Source: an uncultured Bacteroidales bacterium
Lineage (GTDB): Bacteria; Bacteroidota; Bacteroidia; Bacteroidales; ML635J-15
DNA: 64,000 nucleotides
Direction: 5' to 3'
NCBI GenBank assembly: GCA_964511665.1
Contig: CAZEHA010000008.1
Span: forward strand, 15,629 to 79,628
Part shown: positions 24,862 through 34,004 of the stretch, one piece after another
Layout of the letters: each line of letters begins with the position of its first letter
Numbering within the stretch: position 1 is the stretch's first letter
The notes under the pieces: generated by a model
What the model was told of the DNA's origin: nothing
The model's database searches: none
The model's input: the letters and a program-made list of their open reading frames with translations, nothing else
Program-made: the position numbers and the translations under genes

Positions 24862-26318
24862 TATGATAGGTTATTTAGAATTTCTAAAACTATTTCGCGG
24901 TCGTCGAAGTGGTGTTTAACTCCTTCTATTTCCTGATATGTTTCGTGACCCTTTCCGGCAATTAAAATCACGTCGCCGGGTTGTGCCAGCATACATGCTG
25001 TTCTGATAGCTTCGCGACGATCGGTTATTTTCAAGGTCTTTGTTTTGTAGTCGATGGCTAAGCCTTTTTCCATGTGCGAAATTATGTCTTCGGGCTTTTC
25101 GAAACGCGGATTGTCGCTGGTAAGAATAAGTTTGTTGCTATGAAGGGCAGCCACTCTTGCCATTTCGGGGCGCTTGGTTTTGTCGCGATTGCCACCGGCA
25201 CCAACCACGGTAATAATGCGCGCGCCGCTTATTTTTATTTGCGAAATGGTAAGAAGCACGTTATTAAGGGCATCGGGAGTATGCGCATAATCAACTATGG
25301 CTGTAATATCGTTTTGGCTTCTGAAAGTTTGAAACCTGCCATCAACAGCATGAAGAGAACTAATTATAGATAATGATTCCTGCGATTCGAACCCGAGAAG
25401 CATTGCAGTTCCGTATATGGCCAATAGATTATATGCATTGAACCGCCCTGTGAAGTGCGACCACATTTCGTTCCTGTTGATATTCAGTAACATGCCATTG
25501 AAGTCGCTTTCAAGTATCTGAGCTTTGAAATCGGCAGGGTGCATCAGCGAATAGCTATGTTTGCTTGCATTGCTGTTTTGAAGCATTACTTCACCATTCT
25601 TATCGTCGATGTTGGTTAAGGCAAACGCCTCCTTTGGAAGCATATCGAAGAACGCCTTTTTGGCTTTTATGTACTCTGAAAATGTGTGGTGATAATCGAG
25701 GTGATCGTGAGTAATATTTGTAAAGATACCTCCGGTAAAACAGAGTGCAGTAACCCTGTGCTGCACAATAGCATGAGAGCTAACTTCCATAAAACAATAC
25801 TCACACCCACGTTCTACCATATCGGCAAGCATACGGTTCAGGCTCAGACTATCAGGGGTGGTGTGGCTGGCCGGAATGCTTTCGCCATCGATAATGTTTT
25901 TAACGGTACTGAGTAATCCTGCTTTGAATCCTGCTTTGGTCACCAGATTATATAAGGTGGTTGCAATGGTGGTTTTTCCGTTGGTGCCGGTTACTCCAAC
26001 CAATTTTATTTTTTCTGACGGAAAACCGTAAAAAGCGGCTGATGCTTTGGCTAGAGCAATAGAAGCGTTTTCGGCCTGAATGTAGCACACTTTTTTATTG
26101 ATAACTTTGGGCAATTCTTCACAAATTATAGCAACGGCTCCCGATTCAATGGCTTGAGGTATAAATTGATGTCCGTCGGTTGTAGCACCTCTTACAGCAA
26201 CGAATAATGTGCCCGGCTCCACTTTTCTGGAATCGAAAACAATGTGACTGAAAGAGTCAACACCGTTGTCAATTACTTGTTTGGTGGCAATATGTAGCAA
26301 TATTTCGTTCAGTTTCAT
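24861..26318 (-). CDS. murE: UDP-N-acetylmuramoyl-L-alanyl-D-glutamate--2,6-diaminopimelate ligase
   Basis: 485 aa, [11 protein letters not shown]; DNPR motif (LTSDNPRFE) typical of DAP-adding MurE. Confidence 0.95.
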   Translation of the reverse strand: MKLNEILLHIATKQVIDNGVDSFSHIVFDSRKVEPGTLFVAVRGATTDGHQFIPQAIESGAVAIICEELPKVINKKVCYIQAENASIALAKASAAFYGFPSEKIKLVGVTGTNGKTTIATTLYNLVTKAGFKAGLLSTVKNIIDGESIPASHTTPDSLSLNRMLADMVERGCEYCFMEVSSHAIVQHRVTALCFTGGIFTNITHDHLDYHHTFSEYIKAKKAFFDMLPKEAFALTNIDDKNGEVMLQNSNASKHSYSLMHPADFKAQILESDFNGMLLNINRNEMWSHFTGRFNAYNLLAIYGTAMLLGFESQESLSIISSLHAVDGRFQTFRSQNDITAIVDYAHTPDALNNVLLTISQIKISGARIITVVGAGGNRDKTKRPEMARVAALHSNKLILTSDNPRFEKPEDIISHMEKGLAIDYKTKTLKITDRREAIRTACMLAQPGDVILIAGKGHETYQEIEGVKHHFDDREIVLEILNNLS

Positions 26319-28417
26319 TATCTCAATTTCAGCTTAATTGTTTGACCTTGTTTAAATGCTTGATTTGGGCCGGGTTCCTGACTGATTATTTTGCCTCTGC
26401 CTTCGATGTTTACTTTAAGTCCGCGCTCTTCGAGAACAATTAACGCATCGCGTATGCCCATACCCCTTACATCGGGTATCTGACTCATATTCGAAAAATT
26501 ACGCGGATAATATTTTACCTGACGATTCTCGATATAGGGTTTCGAAAACTGACCCTGAATAGCCATGCTGTTGTCGGTTTCAAAACCCAGAATTCGGTAA
26601 ATCTTAGTGATTTCGGTTCTGTATCCGGTTTTAGCCTGAGGAATGATGGTGTCGAAAGAGAAATTCTCGTTATATGCGGTGGCAATATCGGTAGCATGTA
26701 TGCGGTCGGCAATTTCTTTGAAAACAGGACCCGCTACTGCATTGGCATAATAGCCGGTGGTTTTATCGGGTTGATTTATCACCACTATGCACGAATATTT
26801 TGGGTTTTCGGCGGGGAAGTAGCCGGCAAACGAAGCCTGATATTCGTGATCGATACCGGCCTTCCCGTAGTCGGTTTGGGCAGTTCCCGTTTTTCCGGCA
26901 ATGCGGTAATTGTTGTTAAGTAAATTTTTTGCAGTACCTCTGGTTACAACGCCTTCGAGCATTTCCTGAACGGCCTTAACCGTTTTTTCGCTGCAAATCG
27001 ATTCGTCGATTACTTCGGTTTCAAACTTTTTTATCACATTACCGCGGTACGATAAATGTTCAATAAATCGTGGCTTAACCATTTTCCCATTGTTGGCGAT
27101 TGCATTGTAAAAGGTGAGCATTTGCAGTGGAGTCATCAGCAATTCGTAACCAATCGACATTTGGGTAAGTGTAATTTTCGACCATCCTTCCGAAGGTCTT
27201 CTGATTGTTGGAACGGCTTCTCCGGGAATTTCGACACCCAGTGTTTCATGTAAGTGCATTGAATATAATTGGTCGATAAAAACCTCTTTACGATAATTGA
27301 AACTATTATAAATCATTTTAGAGATACCCACATTCGATGAGTATTCGAAAGCTTCACGCAGGGTAATTTTTCCGTATCCTCCTTCGTGCGAGTCTTTCAT
27401 TTCTTTGCCATGGAAGGTATATTTGCCATTTCCGGTATCAACAGTGTCGTCGGGGTTAACCCCTCCTGCTTCAAGTGCGGCAATCATCGAAGCCAGTTTA
27501 AATGTTGATCCCGGATCGCGTGCCTCGCCAATGGCATAATTAAAGGTTTCGGCATAGTTGCCGTTTTGGTCCCGTGTGAGGTTTGCAATGGCTCTTATTT
27601 TTCCGGTTTCCACTTCCATTACAATGGCGCAACCGTGATGGGCATTATGGTGCTTTAGCCTGCGTTCCAGTGCTGTTTCGGTTACATCTTGCAAATTGAT
27701 ATCGATAGTTGTTATTAAATCGTATCCGTCTTGAGGCGTTACCTCGTTGCCGTCTTTTACCGGCATCCACTGATTACCACTGATGCGTCTTTTCACGGTT
27801 TTGCCTGCTATGCCACGCAATTCTTTGTCGTAGGCCAATTCTAAACCAACACCTTTGCGTTTGTCTGAATCTACTTTTCCAATGGTGCGTTTTGCCAGCA
27901 TTCCAAATGGGAGTTCTCGTTCGCTATATTCATGAACGAGTAATCCGCCTTCAATTTGACCATAACGAAGGATGGGAAAAGTTTTAATGGTTTTTAGTTG
28001 ATCAAAACTTACTTTGCTGCTTATTCTGTAATACCGCAGTCCGTTGTCGCGGCACGCTGTTATTTCGCGATAGTATTGGTTTCTTGTTTTGTTGGGCAGT
28101 AATTGCTCAAGGCACAAGCATAAACTATCTATCTCTTTCGAAAACACATCTGCTTTTATGCCATTGCTATTAGGGTCGATAGCTACTTCGTAATAGGGCA
28201 CCGAGGTGGCAAGAACGCGACCATCGAAAGCACAAATATCGCCTCTGATGGGCTCAATAACAAAAACACGGGTTCGGTTACTGGTGCTTTTCTCGATGAT
28301 TTCTTCGTCGAAAAAAACGAAAAGGTGAATGGTTTTGCCAAAGATGAAAATGCTGACTGCCAGCAATATAAAATGTATCAGCTTTACTCTCCACAATATT
28401 TCGGTTCTTGGTGTCAT
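26318..28417 (-). CDS. ftsI: penicillin-binding protein (FtsI/PBP3-type transpeptidase) with a C-terminal PASTA domain
   Basis: 699 aa with an N-terminal TM segment, dimerisation domain, and transpeptidase motifs STFK (PGSTFKLAS), SSN and KTGT (AGKTGTAQ). C-terminal ~55 aa match the PASTA pattern (PDV.G....DA...L...GL.V...G.G.V..Q.P). Confidence 0.94.
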   Translation of the reverse strand: MTPRTEILWRVKLIHFILLAVSIFIFGKTIHLFVFFDEEIIEKSTSNRTRVFVIEPIRGDICAFDGRVLATSVPYYEVAIDPNSNGIKADVFSKEIDSLCLCLEQLLPNKTRNQYYREITACRDNGLRYYRISSKVSFDQLKTIKTFPILRYGQIEGGLLVHEYSERELPFGMLAKRTIGKVDSDKRKGVGLELAYDKELRGIAGKTVKRRISGNQWMPVKDGNEVTPQDGYDLITTIDINLQDVTETALERRLKHHNAHHGCAIVMEVETGKIRAIANLTRDQNGNYAETFNYAIGEARDPGSTFKLASMIAALEAGGVNPDDTVDTGNGKYTFHGKEMKDSHEGGYGKITLREAFEYSSNVGISKMIYNSFNYRKEVFIDQLYSMHLHETLGVEIPGEAVPTIRRPSEGWSKITLTQMSIGYELLMTPLQMLTFYNAIANNGKMVKPRFIEHLSYRGNVIKKFETEVIDESICSEKTVKAVQEMLEGVVTRGTAKNLLNNNYRIAGKTGTAQTDYGKAGIDHEYQASFAGYFPAENPKYSCIVVINQPDKTTGYYANAVAGPVFKEIADRIHATDIATAYNENFSFDTIIPQAKTGYRTEITKIYRILGFETDNSMAIQGQFSKPYIENRQVKYYPRNFSNMSQIPDVRGMGIRDALIVLEERGLKVNIEGRGKIISQEPGPNQAFKQGQTIKLKLR

Positions 28418-28791
28418 GGCTTCGCCTCCTTATAAAACACTTTTACTGGAGGAGTCGACGATTCTGTGAGTTCAGAGCCATTTTCTCTTAACAGGCGCAT
28501 AACTTCAGAACGACGGCTTTTTCGCATCAAAACCGATTGTGTGGCAATTTTTTCGGAACGCAGCTCCGATATTTCTTTCTTTAAGCTTTCGGTTTCTATA
28601 AATACCCGTTCGGCATGGTATCGATTGGCAATATAAATTAACGCTAAAACGGCAAGTAATACCAAAAAGGGAAATTGTTTTCTAACCACGTCTTCGGTAA
28701 GGATTGAACCACTCATCAGACCCTGCAGCGTTTTGCGAATCTGACGCCGGTTCTTGTTGGTTTTTATGTCCTTTTCTTTTGTTTTAGCCAT
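28414..28791 (-). CDS. ftsL: FtsL-like cell division protein
   Basis: Small bitopic protein (basic N-terminus, one TM segment FPFLVLLAVLALIYI, then a coiled coil) lying between rsmH and ftsI. Start chosen at MAKTKEKD; the track start at 28869 overlaps rsmH by 86 nt. Confidence 0.75.
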   Translation of the reverse strand: MAKTKEKDIKTNKNRRQIRKTLQGLMSGSILTEDVVRKQFPFLVLLAVLALIYIANRYHAERVFIETESLKKEISELRSEKIATQSVLMRKSRRSEVMRLLRENGSELTESSTPPVKVFYKEAKP

Positions 28792-29689
28792 GGTTTGTGC
28801 GTATTGCAATTCGTAGTTTTGCCGAACGCGAGCGCGAATTGGCGGCAAATTCGTTCTCATCGGGAACAATTACCTTGCGATTTACTGCCCGCCATGGACC
28901 CGGCTTCAAACCGTATATGTCGTGTTCTTCTTTGCCGAAGCGATTTCCCGATTTAATAAAATTCTTCACAAGCCTATCTTCAAGCGAGTGGTACGATATC
29001 ACCGACAGTCGGCCATTGGGTCTGATGCAATGTCGGCAGGCTTCGAGAAAATCGACCAGGGCATTTATTTCGTCGTTCACCTCAATGCGCAGGGCCTGAA
29101 AAACCTGAGCCAGGATTTTATTGCGGGTTTTATGGTTACAATATTTTTCAACAATGCCAACAAAAACGGGAGTTGCGCAAATGTTTTCAACGGCTCTTAT
29201 TGATGTGATATCGGCTGCAAGTTTATGGGCAAAAGTCAATTCACCATAATTGCGGAACAGCTCGGTTAACTGCTTCTCGTTGTAAGTTGCTACAATATGG
29301 CCTGCATTCATAAGAGAATCTTTGTTCATTCTCATGTCGAGCTCACCACTGCTTTTATATGAAAAACCCCTTTCATCGTTGTCGAAATGATGCGATGAAA
29401 CCCCCAAATCGGCCAATACTCCGTCGACAGCATCAATCTTTAAATACTTTAAATAGTTCCTGAGATATCTGAAATTTCCATGAATAAACACGCAACGCGC
29501 ATCGGCGGGCACATTCACCCTGGCTGCTTCATCCTGATCGATAACCAACAGTCTTCCTTGATTACCCAGAGCTTTTAGTATTTCGCGACTGTGACCGCCA
29601 CCGCCAAACGTAGCATCAACATAGATACCTGCCTGGTTGATATCCAGACCGGCAACGCTTTCGGTTAGCAGTACAGGTGCGTGATACAT
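28784..29689 (-). CDS. rsmH: 16S rRNA (cytosine1402-N4)-methyltransferase RsmH/MraW
   Basis: 301 aa, YHAPVLL.E....L.....G.YVD.TFGGGGHS..IL; DLGVSS.Q.D...RGFS. Confidence 0.97.
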   Translation of the reverse strand: MYHAPVLLTESVAGLDINQAGIYVDATFGGGGHSREILKALGNQGRLLVIDQDEAARVNVPADARCVFIHGNFRYLRNYLKYLKIDAVDGVLADLGVSSHHFDNDERGFSYKSSGELDMRMNKDSLMNAGHIVATYNEKQLTELFRNYGELTFAHKLAADITSIRAVENICATPVFVGIVEKYCNHKTRNKILAQVFQALRIEVNDEINALVDFLEACRHCIRPNGRLSVISYHSLEDRLVKNFIKSGNRFGKEEHDIYGLKPGPWRAVNRKVIVPDENEFAANSRSRSAKLRIAIRTNHG

Positions 29690-29691
29690 AG

Positions 29692-30156
29692 TTATTCGTT
29701 GTCGAAATAAAAGTCTCCTCCCAAAATCTTCTCTGCAAGATTGGCTACATCGGTTTCACTGCTTTTTCGGCTGTTGTAATGTTGCGATGCCCAAATCTCA
29801 ATTTTACCGTCCTGACCGGCAAATACCAGCTCGTTGCCATTGCTTTCGAGATATTCGGAAAGTTTCTTAGGTATTAAAATTCTTCCATTACCATCGAGCA
29901 ATATTTCGGCGGTGCCGCGATAGAACTCTCTTAAGAATACTGCGTGTTCGCGATTGAAAGGATTCAAACGTTTTTTTATGATTCTGTTTTGCCTTTCCCA
30001 TTCGGCTATGGGATACAGTAAAAGGCATTTTTCATATAAATCGCGTTTTAACACAAAATGTTCTTGTTCTTGTGCCGGCAATTGCCTTTTTAAGGATGCC
30101 GGAAACAACACTCTTCCTCTGTTATCTAATTTACAACTGTATTCGCCTACAAACAT
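29692..30156 (-). CDS. mraZ: division/cell wall cluster transcriptional regulator MraZ
   Basis: 154 aa, MF.GEY...LD.KGR...P...R.......F.L.......CL.LYP...W, with two SpoVT/AbrB-like repeats. First gene of the dcw cluster. Confidence 0.96.
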   Translation of the reverse strand: MFVGEYSCKLDNRGRVLFPASLKRQLPAQEQEHFVLKRDLYEKCLLLYPIAEWERQNRIIKKRLNPFNREHAVFLREFYRGTAEILLDGNGRILIPKKLSEYLESNGNELVFAGQDGKIEIWASQHYNSRKSSETDVANLAEKILGGDFYFDNE

Positions 30157-30193
30157 AATTCTTACGGTTTAGTGTCGTAAAAATAGTTAAAAA

Positions 30194-30230
30194 CTCCCAT
30201 ATTTTCACATATTTACCCATATTTTCCCAC
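30194..30230 (-). promoter_or_regulatory. putative MraZ operator: four 10-bp-phased TGGGN-type boxes upstream of mraZ
   Basis: The minus strand reads GTGGGAAAATATGGGTAAATATGTGAAAATATGGGAG. The pentamers TGGGA/TGGGT/TGTGA/TGGGA start exactly 10 nt apart, 38-74 nt upstream of the mraZ ATG. Confidence 0.7.
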
Positions 30231-30337
30231 ATTGTTGAAAACTTTTATAGTGCATACAGTTTAAAATGTTGAAAATCAGGGAATAATGATGGATTGAAAT
30301 TATTTGTATTTTTGACAAAAATTAACAATCGCATTCT

Positions 30338-31174
30338 ATGTCAGGCAAAGTCTTACAGATTGATTTAGAGCGGGTAATCGAAAACAAAAATCCCCGATTG
30401 AAGAAGCTGCTGCCCCGTTTTGTGATTAACTACCTTAAAAAAGTGGTACATCAGGGCGAGATAAACGATTTTTTCATGAAAGCTCATGGAAAGACAGGGC
30501 TCGATTTTGTTGATGCCATACTTACCAACTGGAATGTGGGCATTGAAGCGTATGGAACCGAGAATATACCCGACTCGGGGCGTTTTATTTTTGCAGCGAA
30601 TCATCCCATTGGTGGTGTAGAAAGCATTGCTTTTTTAAAAGTGGTTTCACAGAAATATAGTGAACTGAAATTTCCGGTGAACGATATCTTAATGGAACTG
30701 AAACCCCTGAATGATATTTTTATACCGATAAACAAGCACGGAGCACAAAGCAAAGTTGCCATAAAGGAATTCGACGAGTGCTTTGCAGGTAATAAGCAGA
30801 TATTATATTTTCCGGCAGGTATATGTTCACGTCGCATAAAAGGTGAAATTATCGATTTAGAATGGAAGAAAACATTTATAGCCAAGGCTGTTCAGCACAA
30901 GCGAGATGTAATACCTGTGTATATTGGCGGGCGCAACAGCAATTTCTTTTATCGATTGGCAAATCTGAGAACCGGTTTGGGGATAAAGGCCAATATAGAA
31001 ATGCTGTATTTGGTTGACGAAACATTCAGGCAATTCAACGGAACTATGCGATTGGTATTTGGGAAACCAATACGCCATGAAACATTCAACACGTCTAAAA
31101 CACAGCAGCAATGGGCGGCCTGGGTTAAAGAACGGGTATATGATTTATCGATAGCTTTACCGAATAAAACGTAA
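30338..31174 (+). CDS. lysophospholipid (PlsC-family) acyltransferase, GlsA/OlsA-like
   Basis: 278 aa with an acyltransferase block NHPIGGVE (HX4D/E-type) and FPAGICSR. Paired with an OlsB-like N-acyltransferase downstream. Confidence 0.75.
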   Translation: MSGKVLQIDLERVIENKNPRLKKLLPRFVINYLKKVVHQGEINDFFMKAHGKTGLDFVDAILTNWNVGIEAYGTENIPDSGRFIFAANHPIGGVESIAFLKVVSQKYSELKFPVNDILMELKPLNDIFIPINKHGAQSKVAIKEFDECFAGNKQILYFPAGICSRRIKGEIIDLEWKKTFIAKAVQHKRDVIPVYIGGRNSNFFYRLANLRTGLGIKANIEMLYLVDETFRQFNGTMRLVFGKPIRHETFNTSKTQQQWAAWVKERVYDLSIALPNKT

Positions 31175-31251
31175 AGTAAGGCTTTGATATTTTTTGTTTT
31201 TAAAAAGCACATAATGTTTAATTTTGTGCAGTTGTCATTAAACTTGAGTGT

Positions 31252-32241
31252 ATGGAAAATATTATTCCGCCGGTCGACCGAAGTCTGCTGCTAAAAGAAC
31301 TTGCCGAGAGTAAGCTGTTGCGGAAACCGAATTTTGGAAACACCGAATTGTATGTATTTTCGCATGAAGATTCTCCTAACTTAATGAAAGAGTTGGGTAG
31401 GGTGCGCGAAATTACTTTTCGCGATGCGGGCGGAGGTTCGGGAAAGAGTTGCGATTTAGATGCCTACGATTTGTCTGACAATCCATATCTTCAACTTATT
31501 GTGTGGGATCCCGAGGAGGAAGAAATGTTGGGAGGTTATCGGTTTATTCACGGGGCTGCGGTTATTGATAATCCCGAACAATATTTGGCAACATCTAAGT
31601 TGTTTCGGTTCTCCGACAAGTTTATCGAAGATTATTTGCCTTATACCATCGAGTTGGGGAGGTCGTTTGTTCAACCCAAATACCAGCAGGGGCGCTATGC
31701 TCGTAAAGGAATGTTTGCGCTCGATAATTTATGGGATGGCTTGGGTGCACTCACTATTGAATATCCCGATATACAATATTTTTTTGGTAAAGTTACCATG
31801 TATAAGCATTTTGATGTGGAAGCACGAAATTATTTATTGGCCTTTATGCACAGGTATTTTCCCGATAACGAACAACTGATTATGGCTCCCAACAGCATCA
31901 AAATAGATTTTGACAAGTACATTAAAACATTTAAGGCAAACAACTACAAAGCCGATTATAAAAAGTTGAGCAATATTGTACGTAATGCAGGGGAACGAAT
32001 CCCCCCGCTTATTAATGCGTACATGAACCTTTCTCCTTCGATGAAAACTTTTGGTACAATAGAGAACCCATACTTTGGAGGGGTAGAAGAAACGGGTATT
32101 TTAATCTCGATAAGCGACATTTATCCTCCCAAAAAAGACAGGCATATACTCACTTATAAGAAACTGAATAAACTGAAAACAATTCTTAACAGTAAAATTA
32201 GAATCAAGATAAAAATGAAGAAGCGGAAGAAAAAACTATAA
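31252..32241 (+). CDS. GNAT-fold N-acyltransferase, OlsB/GlsB (hemolysin-like) family
   Basis: 329 aa. R.REITFRDAGGG.G...DLD.YD......L.VWD.EE.EM.GGYRF matches the Acetyltransf_5/OlsB pattern. Basic K-rich C-terminus. Confidence 0.7.
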   Translation: MENIIPPVDRSLLLKELAESKLLRKPNFGNTELYVFSHEDSPNLMKELGRVREITFRDAGGGSGKSCDLDAYDLSDNPYLQLIVWDPEEEEMLGGYRFIHGAAVIDNPEQYLATSKLFRFSDKFIEDYLPYTIELGRSFVQPKYQQGRYARKGMFALDNLWDGLGALTIEYPDIQYFFGKVTMYKHFDVEARNYLLAFMHRYFPDNEQLIMAPNSIKIDFDKYIKTFKANNYKADYKKLSNIVRNAGERIPPLINAYMNLSPSMKTFGTIENPYFGGVEETGILISISDIYPPKKDRHILTYKKLNKLKTILNSKIRIKIKMKKRKKKL

Positions 32242-32562
32242 ACGGTTTTGTAGCTGATGTTGTATAGAACGGGCAAATTTCTTCATTTTCGGATACCAAA
32301 AAATATAATAGGCAATCAAGGGTAGTATCATTCCCAGCATAAGTACGCTAAAATAGAATGCGCGTTTGCCTGCCCCCGAGCTAAATTCAGGGAATATTGT
32401 TACTGAATTGTTTTTAACAAACATGATGGCTCCGGCAAACGATCTTCCCGAAATCCTGTACTGATTCTTTCCAATCTTTGTTATCGATTTCACTCCATCG
32501 AATGTTGATATCGACGACACGAGTGCTTCAATTTCAATCGGATTATCAAATTTAATTTTCAT
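32236..32562 (-). CDS. hypothetical small membrane protein
   Basis: 108 aa ORF with one clear C-terminal TM segment (FYFSVLMLGMILPLIAYYIFWY). Convergent with the previous gene, 6 nt overlap. No recognisable family. Confidence 0.5.
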   Translation of the reverse strand: MKIKFDNPIEIEALVSSISTFDGVKSITKIGKNQYRISGRSFAGAIMFVKNNSVTIFPEFSSGAGKRAFYFSVLMLGMILPLIAYYIFWYPKMKKFARSIQHQLQNRL

Positions 32563-32643
32563 AGTTTTTCGAAAAACGAGTTAAAAGTAATTATTATATT
32601 TTTTAAAACAATTTGTTTTATATTTTTGGGTTAATATTATGCT

Positions 32644-34002
32644 ATGAGCCGATTTTTATCGCTATGTGTATTCACAATGGTTTGGGTGCCTGTTTTATGG
32701 GCGCAGAATCTGGTTCCCAATCCCAGTTTCGAAAATGCATGGACATGTCCAAAGTATTTTTACACTGAACCGGTAAACGAAGTTATTCCACAATGGAAAA
32801 ACCCAACACGCGGTACCCCCGATTATTTTAATCGTTGCGCCGATAGCATTGTTTCTATTCCCGACAATTTTGCAGGAAGTATCGATGCACAGGATGGCAA
32901 TGCATATATTGGTATAATATTGCGCGAAACATTCGACTGCGAATTTCGCCGCGAGGGCATTTCACGCGAATATATTCAGGTTGAACTGAAGCAGCCACTT
33001 AAATACGGTCAGCTTTATTGTTATAGTATGTATTATGCGCTGTCGTGCCGTTCTCCTTTTGCTGTTGATGCACTTGGGGTGTCGTTTACGCGCACCCGTA
33101 TTAAAACTCGGGATGCCGGCCAGATTTTGCAAATGCCGCAGGTTACCAACCTACCAGGGCATATCATGAAAAACAAAGGCCACTGGGTTGAACTTTGTGG
33201 AATTTATCGTGCACGAGGGAAGGAGAAATATCTTACCATCGGAAATTTCTTCGATGATGTGGCCACCTCCTACGAACGGCTGTATGATGAAACCTGCGAT
33301 TCAAATTTTGTGTATGCTTACTATTATATCGACAATGTGCGATTTTACGAAATCGATTATGAATTTGAATGTGGTTGCGAAAACGAATTTTCGGTGGGCT
33401 CCGATTGGAAGTCTGACAGATACGACGCAAAAACAGGCTTCAATACCCGAAAAACCGAAATTGCCGATGCTACCAATACTCAGGTAGGCGATAGCAACAA
33501 TAACACTGATAACAACAACCAACATCAACATCCCAATGATTCAAATTGGAATGAGGCAAATAGCAATTCGAACAATTCCAACAATGGTTTTAATAATTCA
33601 TTGGGTGATACAGCAAGCAATACACTCGATAATTTAGATTTAAACAAATCGGGCATTGGCGATTCGTTTCGCTTGAATCGGATTTTTTTCGAGTTCAATT
33701 CATCGGAATTGTTACCTCAATCGTACGACGAGATTAACAAGTTGCTTACGCTACTTAACCAAAACCCCAGGTTGCGCATCGAAATCAGAGGCCATACCGA
33801 TGATGTGGGAAGTAAACAATATAACCGAAAACTGTCGATAGCCCGGGCAGCTTCGGTTTATAATTATCTGCTTGCCGAAGGAATAGAAAAATCGCGCATG
33901 AAATACAGAGGTTTCGGTAACGAAGTGCCGGTGGCTGACAATAGCACCGAGGCAGGACGGCAGTTGAACCGTCGTGTTGAAATAGTAATTGTTGAGTTAT
34001 AA
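32644..34002 (+). CDS. OmpA-family protein (signal peptide, unknown N-terminal domain, Asn-rich linker, C-terminal OmpA/peptidoglycan-binding domain)
   Basis: 452 aa. C-terminal region: F.F.S.EL......E...L...L..NP.LRIEI.GHTD..GS..YN..LS..RA.SV..YL...GI...R....GFGE..P.A.N.T..GR..NRRVE. Confidence 0.88.
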   Translation: MSRFLSLCVFTMVWVPVLWAQNLVPNPSFENAWTCPKYFYTEPVNEVIPQWKNPTRGTPDYFNRCADSIVSIPDNFAGSIDAQDGNAYIGIILRETFDCEFRREGISREYIQVELKQPLKYGQLYCYSMYYALSCRSPFAVDALGVSFTRTRIKTRDAGQILQMPQVTNLPGHIMKNKGHWVELCGIYRARGKEKYLTIGNFFDDVATSYERLYDETCDSNFVYAYYYIDNVRFYEIDYEFECGCENEFSVGSDWKSDRYDAKTGFNTRKTEIADATNTQVGDSNNNTDNNNQHQHPNDSNWNEANSNSNNSNNGFNNSLGDTASNTLDNLDLNKSGIGDSFRLNRIFFEFNSSELLPQSYDEINKLLTLLNQNPRLRIEIRGHTDDVGSKQYNRKLSIARAASVYNYLLAEGIEKSRMKYRGFGNEVPVADNSTEAGRQLNRRVEIVIVEL

Positions 34003-34004
34003 CA

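Noticed and set aside
14599-30156. Absence of murF and ddl from the dcw cluster as a possible deletion or rearrangement.
   Set aside because: The order mraZ-rsmH-ftsL-ftsI-murE-mraY-murD-ftsW-murG-murC-ftsQ-ftsA-ftsZ without murF/ddl is the usual Bacteroidota arrangement. The genes are tightly packed or overlapping with no scars.
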